Below, one piece after another: positions 36,351 to 42,439 of a stretch of 42,439 nt of DNA. Below the pieces are notes generated by a model. It was not told the DNA's origin and made no database searches. It saw nothing but the letters and a program-made list of their open reading frames with translations. Source of the stretch: Octopus bimaculoides (Eukaryota); contig NC_068988.1 in assembly GCF_001194135.2 (NCBI RefSeq), positions 97,333,284 through 97,375,722 of the forward strand, given 5' to 3'. The position numbers and the translations under genes were made by a program. The first letter of the stretch is position 1. The number at the start of each line of letters is the position of its first letter.

Positions 36351-36738
36351 CTAATAGAAATTGAAAAAATGTGGCACCTGAAGGCGACTACCGTACCAGT
36401 GATTGTAGAATCTCTAGGAATGATAAAAAAAAAAAAGGGTACTGAAACCTATTTGAAAATGATACCAGGCTTACCATCCCTACAGGAAGTGCAAAAAATC
36501 GTGTTAACTGGAACGACTCATATACTGAGAAGAGCATTATCGCTGTGAAAACAACATCCATTCATGAATTTATTTATTTATTAATGTTTTTAAATACATA
36601 TTTTACCTGTGAATTTGCGTGTGTAAACTGGGAATGCATACAATGAGCTTCTCTGCCCCAGGTGTACGGAAAGCACTCGGCGAGAAATGAAAGAAAATTT
36701 GAGGAAAGAAGAAAAAAAACAACAACATAATAATAATA
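36351..36738 (+). mobile_element. R4/Dong-type LINE 3' end (endonuclease C-terminus, 3' UTR, (TAA)n tail)
   Basis: IEIEKMWHLKATTVPVIVESLGMIKK..GTETYLKMIPGLPSLQEVQKIVLTGTTHILRRALSL* matches 'EI..MW......VPV.VGALG.......L...Q...LLGT.HILR..L'. It is followed by CTCTGCCCCAGGTGTACGGAAAGCACTCGG and ends in AACAACATAATAATAATAA. Confidence 0.85.
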
Positions 36739-36867
36739 AAATTCTCTCCCATTCGTGCCATGTCAGAATTTGGATTCTATATTTATATTTTAGAAAGACT
36801 GAGATTTGTCGATTTAAGCAGGCTCGTTATGTGCGTGCCATTTATACGCATCAACAAGGATGTCACA

Positions 36868-37000
36868 CAGTCGCTCGACCTGTTTGAATTAGTAGTCAAA
36901 TCACCATTAAATTACACACTAAACTACCATATTACTAAAAGGCAGGGTATATCAGATAATATAATCCTAGCAGAATGAATTGTGTCTAGAACAGAGACTC
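36868..37000 (+). mobile_element. SINE family B copy (diverged)
   Basis: CAGTCGCTCGACCTGTTTGAATTAGTAGTCAAATCACCATTAAATTACACAC...CAGATAATATAATCCTAG is homologous to the other family B copies. Confidence 0.55.
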
Positions 37001-37582
37001 TCAAAAGATGCGAGGCAGATTTTCAAAAATAAACTTTGTCTTTAGAAAATCTACACTAATGACTGAATGTCTAACAAATGTGTTATTCATAATTTTGTTA
37101 GACTGAATTATGAGGAATAAAACAAGCTTTCTATATTTGTTCGAAATTTTAAACTTTAAAATTGCTTGCTTTTCAATTTTCCGTGGGGAATTTGCAATAC
37201 CATTTTTTTTTTTATCGTTAGAAGATTAAGACGCACCGATCTCGGAAAAGGAAGGAATTGGAGCTTTTGATCATATTTCAATTGGAATTGGCTAATATTA
37301 GGCTGAAGTACAACATCCACAGCAGGCAGATTATCATTAACGATGTAATAAGAAGAAACAGCAAATTTTATTAAAATAATAACTCCGGTAGAATGGCAGA
37401 AGGTTTGGAGAAATGCTTTGTGTTGCCGATGTCATCGATTTGATTGCTACTTGTTCGATCGATCCTCGAAAGAGCAAAGCCCTGAATGTTCAATAAATAT
37501 TAATGTCGTGTTTGTAATAAACTAAAAATGATTTCACAAGTCATTAATAAAAATGATTTGTTCTGTCGGGAGACGCCTCAAC

Positions 37583-37662
37583 ACAAGCACCACAAGCTAA
37601 AGGGCTACAAGCACTACAAGCTAAGGGGTCACAAGCGCCACAAACTAAGGGGCCACAAGTCC
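37583..37662. repeat. 24-bp minisatellite, about 3.3 copies
   Basis: ACAAGCACCACAAGCTAAAGGGCT / ACAAGCACTACAAGCTAAGGGGTC / ACAAGCGCCACAAACTAAGGGGCC / ACAAGTCC. Confidence 0.9.
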
Positions 37663-37693
37663 CGAATTCATTCCAGCCAAGTATTCTATATCA

Positions 37694-37850
37694 AAGTGGT
37701 GAGCTACCAAAATCATTATCAAGTCGGACAGAATGCTAGGCGACGTTTCTTTCAGCTCTTTACGCTCTGAGCTCAAATCCCGCCGAGGTCAATTAGCTTT
37801 CCATGAACTGGAGTCGATGTAATCAACTTGCCATCCACCCCTCAAAAGCT
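37694..37850 (+). mobile_element. SINE family A copy with internal deletion
   Basis: AAAGTGGTGAGCTACCAAAATCATTA...CGCTCTGAGCTCAAATCCCGCCGAGGTCAA, then joined directly to CTGGAGTCGATGTAATCAACT. Confidence 0.7.
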
Positions 37851-39277
37851 ACCCTTGGAACTGGCAACGGACAAGCGCCACGTCAGGGAGAATGTTATGA
37901 TCTTGATCATTTATACGCCATGGAAACAGGCCACCGGACTTCAGAGTCCTAGGGTTAAAAAAAAACCTTCTGCTTTTATAGTTAAAATAACTCTTTTCCA
38001 CATAAAGCATTGTCTTATCTTATGTGAAATTTCATTTGTTCCTCTTAGCTTTGCGGACGAAGCTAGCAGACGATCGGTTTACTGAGCGATCAGAGGTTCG
38101 TATCTAACTCTCAGCACTAGGCTTTATATATCTGTCCTAAGAAAATATTACCACACAGTAACCACTTGAATATAAGGAGTTTGGAACACACATTTCGAAG
38201 CCTTCTTTGCCGATAAAGATCAAAAAAAAAATGAGGAAGAAAAGAAGTCTGGAAACTAAAAAACAGAAAGAAAAAAAGATTTAAAGAAATGAGGCGCGTG
38301 CACGAAACTGGTACCAAGTCTTTGGTGTGGTGTTATATTCATTTCTAGTCGCATTTTTCAAAATCTCATTAGAAAAACCCTTCCGACCTCTTATTGGTGT
38401 TTACCAAGAGGAAACTCGATCTAAAATTTCATCAAGAAAGAAATTAGTTTCTCTTGAGATGTTTGCTCATTAGAACCAACGTTTTCATTAAGATTTACAC
38501 ACAGCTCTCCCTCTCTCTCTCTCTCTCTTTCTCCCCCAACAGCACCACTCCTGTCCCAAGCGCTGTTTGTCTCTCTGTTTGTCCCATCGCGATGTTAGGC
38601 CGCCGTCCATACGACCATCAACCCCATTGTCCGTTCGAATGGTAGTTTGGTGGTTTGTATCGTTTTGTAGAGGCGTTTCTTTTTCTTTCTTTTTCTTTGT
38701 TTTCTGTTTCGTATTCAAACATACAGTAATCACATATACATACATAACCACACACCCACACAGACAAGGCAGCATGCAGATATATACACACTACTACTAC
38801 ATCACTCATTCTTCCTGTTTTTACCTCTCATTCGCCGATTTTCTCTTTCTTTTCTCTCTTTTTGTTTGTATTCCTTCTTCTTTCACTCCACACAATCATA
38901 GGAATGAACACAGACGCGCGCGCGCGCGTGGTGATAACAGAAAGACTGGGGTGGGGAGGGGACTAAAATTGAAAACAGGAATGTTATTAAAAAAAAAACT
39001 CTACACACACACACACACGCACACACACGCATACACACAAACACAAACACACACACATACAAACATGGACATTCATATATATAGGCATATATATTTACAT
39101 ACACACAAACACAAATACATACAAATACATAAATGCACCTGTTTGTGTGTATATACATACATATATACATATATATATTTATATAGATGTGTGTGTATGT
39201 GTAACTGTATGTATATGTATTTACATATATGTATGTGCGTGAGTGTATGTATGTACGTATGTATGTATGTATGTATG

Positions 39278-39309
<32 letters not shown>

Positions 39310-40604
39310 TAGGGATGTATACAGTTTCCATTTCAATAACATTCCTGTTTTCATTTTCTCCCCATTCTTCATTAAATATTCTTTTTTGAAATTATATCCA
39401 CCCACATACACACATTCTACACACCCATACACATGGCCATATCCATACAACTTATGTACATCTAAATTCACATTCTGACACATAAAAAAGGTTGGTTTTT
39501 TTTCCAATCTTCTCTGTTTCGCTCTGTTTATGTCTTTCTGTCTGCTTATCTCTCTNNNNNNNNNNNNNNNNNNNNNNNNNNNNNNNNNNNNNNNNNNNNN
39601 NNNNNNNNNNNNNNNNNNNNNNNNNNNNNNNNNNNNNNNNNNNNNNNNNNNNNNNNNNNNNNNNNNNNNNNNNNNNNNNNNNNNNNNNNNNNNNNNNNNN
39701 NNNNNNNNNNNNNNNNNNNNNNNNNNNNNNNNNNNNNNNNNNNNNNNNNNNNNNNNNNNNNNNNNNNNNNNNNNNNNNNNNNNNNNNNNNNNNNNNNNNN
39801 NNNNNNNNNNNNNNNNNNNNNNNNNNNNNNNNNNNNNNNNNNNNNNNNNNNNNNNNNNNNNNNNNNNNNNNNNNNNNNNNNNNNNNNNNNNNNNNNNNNN
39901 NNNNNNNNNNNNNNNNNNNNNNNNNNNNNNNNNNNNNNNNNNNNNNNNNNNNNNNNNNNNNNNNNNNNNNNNNNNNNNNNNNNNNNNNNNNNNNNNNNNN
40001 NNNNNNNNNNNNNNNNNNNNNNNNNNNNNNNNNNNNNNNNNNNNNNNNNNNNNNNNNNNNNNNNNNNNNNNNNNNNNNNNNNNNNNNNNNNNNNNNNNNN
40101 NNNNNNNNNNNNNNNNNNNNNNNNNNNNNNNNNNNNNNNNACACACACACACACACACACACACACATACTGAAGCGTTTCACTGTTTTCGAAAAATAAA
40201 CCGGAATAGAAATTCCTATTTTCTCCGAAGCTCTGCCTTCGTCTGTCGCTACCTTATGTGCACTACCTCTCTCTCTCTTTCTCTCTCTCTATTAACCCTT
40301 CTCTCACTCTCTTTCTTTCGCCATTCATTTCTTTCTTTCTTTCTTTCTTTTTATCTTTCTTTCTCTTCATTCTTTCTCTCTCTCTCTTACTCTCTCTCTC
40401 TTCCTCTCTCTCTCTCTCTCTTCCTCTCTCTCTCTTACTCTGTAATATTTTCTATCTTTACGTTAACGCAATCTGGATTTATGTGAGCTTAAATAACACT
40501 TTTAATGTGTGTGTGTGTGCGTGTGCGCGTGCGTGTGTTTGCGTGTGTGTGTGTGTATGCGCGTGTGAGTGTGTATGCGCGTTTGTATGTATGTATAATA
40601 GTGT

Positions 40605-40780
40605 TTATTCTTTTCTACTCTTGGCACAAGGCCCGAAATTTTTGGGGAGGTGGGGGGCAGTCGATTAGATCTACCCCAGTGCGTAACTGGTACTTAATTT
40701 ATCGACCCCGAAAGGATGAAAGGCAAAGTCGACCTCGGCGGAATTTGAACTCAGAACGTTGCGGCAGACGAAACACCGCT
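40605..40780 (-). mobile_element. tRNA-derived SINE family A, young copy (MetaSINE-like central domain); head lies in the gap
   Basis: Reverse complement: ...ACGTTCTGAGTTCAAATTCCGCCGAGGTCGACTTTGCCTTTCATCCTTTCGGGGTCGATAAATTAAGTACCAG..., i.e. a B-box plus a conserved central domain. The domain name is recall-based. Confidence 0.85.
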
Positions 40781-41448
40781 NNNNNNNNNNNNNNNNNNNN
40801 NNNNNNNNNNNNNNNNNNNNNNNNNNNNNNNNNNNNNNNNNNNNNNNNNNNNNNNNNNNNNNNNNNNNNNNNNNNNNNNNNNNNNNNNNNNNNNNNNNNN
40901 NNNNNNNNNNNNNNNNNNNNNNNNNNNNNNNNNNNNNNNNNNNNNNNNNNNNNNNNNNNNNNNNNNNNNNNNNNNNNNNNNNNNNNNNNNNNNNNNNNNN
41001 NNNNNNNNNNNNNNNNNNNNNNNNNNNNNNNNNNNNNNNNNNNNNNNNNNNNNNNNNNNNNNNNNNNNNNNNNNNNNNNNNNNNNNNNNNNNNNNNNNNN
41101 NNNNNNNNNNNNNNNNNNNNNNNNNNNNNNNNNNNNNNNNNNNNNNNNNNNNNNNNNNNNNNNNNNNNNNNNNNNNNNNNNNNNNNNNNNNNNNNNNNNN
41201 NNNNNNNNNNNNNNNNNNNNNNNNNNNNNNNNNNNNNNNNNNNNNNNNNNNNNNNNNNNNNNNNNNNNNNNNNNNNNNNNNNNNNNNNNNNNNNNNNNNN
41301 NNNNNNNNNNNNNNNNNNNNNNNNNNNNNNNNNNNNNNNNNNNNNNNNNNNNNNNNNNNNNNNNNNNNNNNNNNNNNNNNNNNNNNNNNNNNNNNNNNNN
41401 NNNNNNNNNNNNNNNNNNNNNNNNNNNNNNNNNNNNNNNNNNNNNNNN

Positions 41449-41555
41449 GGTACTTATTCTATCGGCCACAAAATGAAAGAAAAAGTTTACGTAAAGCCGA
41501 ACGAAACGCTTCTAAATGTTTTGTCTGCTGTGCTAACGATACTGCCATTCGCCAT
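41449..41555 (-). mobile_element. SINE family A fragment; a further decayed fragment lies at ~41985-42050
   Basis: GGTACTTATTCTATCG...ATGAAAGAAAAAGTTTAC...AATGTTTTGTCTGCTGTGCTAACGATACTGCCATTCGCC is homologous to the 40680-40780 and 36040-36125 copies. Confidence 0.6.
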
Positions 41556-42072
41556 TTCAGGTAGGCGTTCATTAGATTGACGCTTTGAGTACGACTTAAG
41601 ATTGCATGGAGTGGTTCGGGAGTAGCAGGATTTTGAGCAGGGATTTGAGTAGTGGCCTCTTAGTTACTATTGTTAGCATACGGTAATTACCTGAGCCAGG
41701 CTTACATTGGACTCATGAGATGAAGCATGGTGGGTGTGGACTGATTCGACAGATTAAACTGTTGAGTCAGTGGCGAACATCTCTAGAAGCTGAACGGATG
41801 AACAGTCATCGAACTGGCAACGGCCAAGATAAACCAGTTCAGTTACCGAACTACTGCAATCGCCTGTGGTCATGGCGTGCTCAATTGAGGTATTCAGCAA
41901 TCGAAATATGACTTTTTGGTCCTGGCAAGTCGCCCGACCTGATGATGGCGATGTTACATAATGGAACTGAAGGCAGCTAATCGGGATCTGAACTCAGAAC
42001 TAAAATAAATTGACTAAATACTAGCATACGCTTTGTTCAGCAATAGTTATGACCGAAACATAGTCATTTTAA

Positions 42073-42082
42073 TAGTAGTAGC

Positions 42083-42149
<67 letters not shown>

Positions 42150-42172
42150 ATAGTAGTAGTAGTAGTAGTAGT
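42073..42172. repeat. (TAG)n microsatellite; a (CT)n run extends to the window end at ~42382-42439
   Basis: Read directly. Confidence 0.96.
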
Positions 42173-42377
42173 TGTTGCTGTTGTTGCCTTTTGCTCTGCT
42201 GTTATCGGTCTTTCTGTTGGTTTCTTAAAAGTGTATTTTAATCCTCATTCAGTTTGTGAAATGCCTTCGAGGCATTTTAATAATAAAACCTCTCCTTTTT
42301 AGTCATCACTTAAGCTGCCTTCACCCTAACCATCACTAGTATGAATCTCATCATTGTCCGTCTCTCTACATCCCATT

Positions 42378-42439
<62 letters not shown>

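Larger units (their letters stand above)
926..41448. other. 16 assembly gaps (N runs)
   Basis: N runs at 926-1700, 2636-2826, 7170-7214, 8060-8096, 10186-11006, 11762-12185, 15122-15593, 16459-17174, 21068-21506, 22531-23360, 24859-25403, 27796-27828, 34552-35071, 36180-36189, 39556-40140 and 40781-41448. Most abut microsatellites or TE copies. Confidence 0.99.

Noticed and set aside
37583-37662. Direct repeats as a possible CRISPR array
   Set aside because: The units are contiguous with no unique spacers, there are no cas genes, and the DNA is eukaryotic.
25650-40760. GTTCAAAT(C/T)CC B-boxes as possible tRNA genes
   Set aside because: No cloverleaf is present; each sits in a SINE body.
735-41580. 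Long ORFs (200-418 aa) in the supplied track
   Set aside because: They are open only because they cross N-gaps or stop-free microsatellites (YI, CV, HT, RE, LS, poly-L/N/S/E translations); they carry no protein signal.

Overview
Eukaryotic (metazoan) genomic DNA from a gapped short-read scaffold. It is AT-rich and microsatellite-saturated, with 16 N-gaps totalling about 7.1 kb (~17%). The recurring SINE families match, from recall and not from a search, those abundant in Octopus, so an octopod cephalopod genome is likely. I found no host protein-coding exon, tRNA, rRNA or CRISPR array that I can support. Nearly all long ORFs in the supplied track are artefacts of N-gaps and simple repeats, and the window reads as intronic or intergenic. 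The recognisable content is decayed transposons: an L1/Tx1 fragment, four fragments of restriction-like-endonuclease (R4/Dong-type) LINEs, a CR1-type fragment, three mariner pieces (one with both TIRs and a TA duplication), a Tigger 3' end, a Chapaev3-like deletion derivative, a long-TIR MITE, and at least three SINE families. The most interesting leads are two near-perfect ~90-bp inverted repeats (candidate dsRNA/ADAR substrates), two hammerhead-ribozyme-like relics near the start, a possible 15-nt microexon, and a recurring GTCACGTGT/TGTCA motif cluster. I see no evidence of a new multi-gene biological system; all leads are hypotheses.
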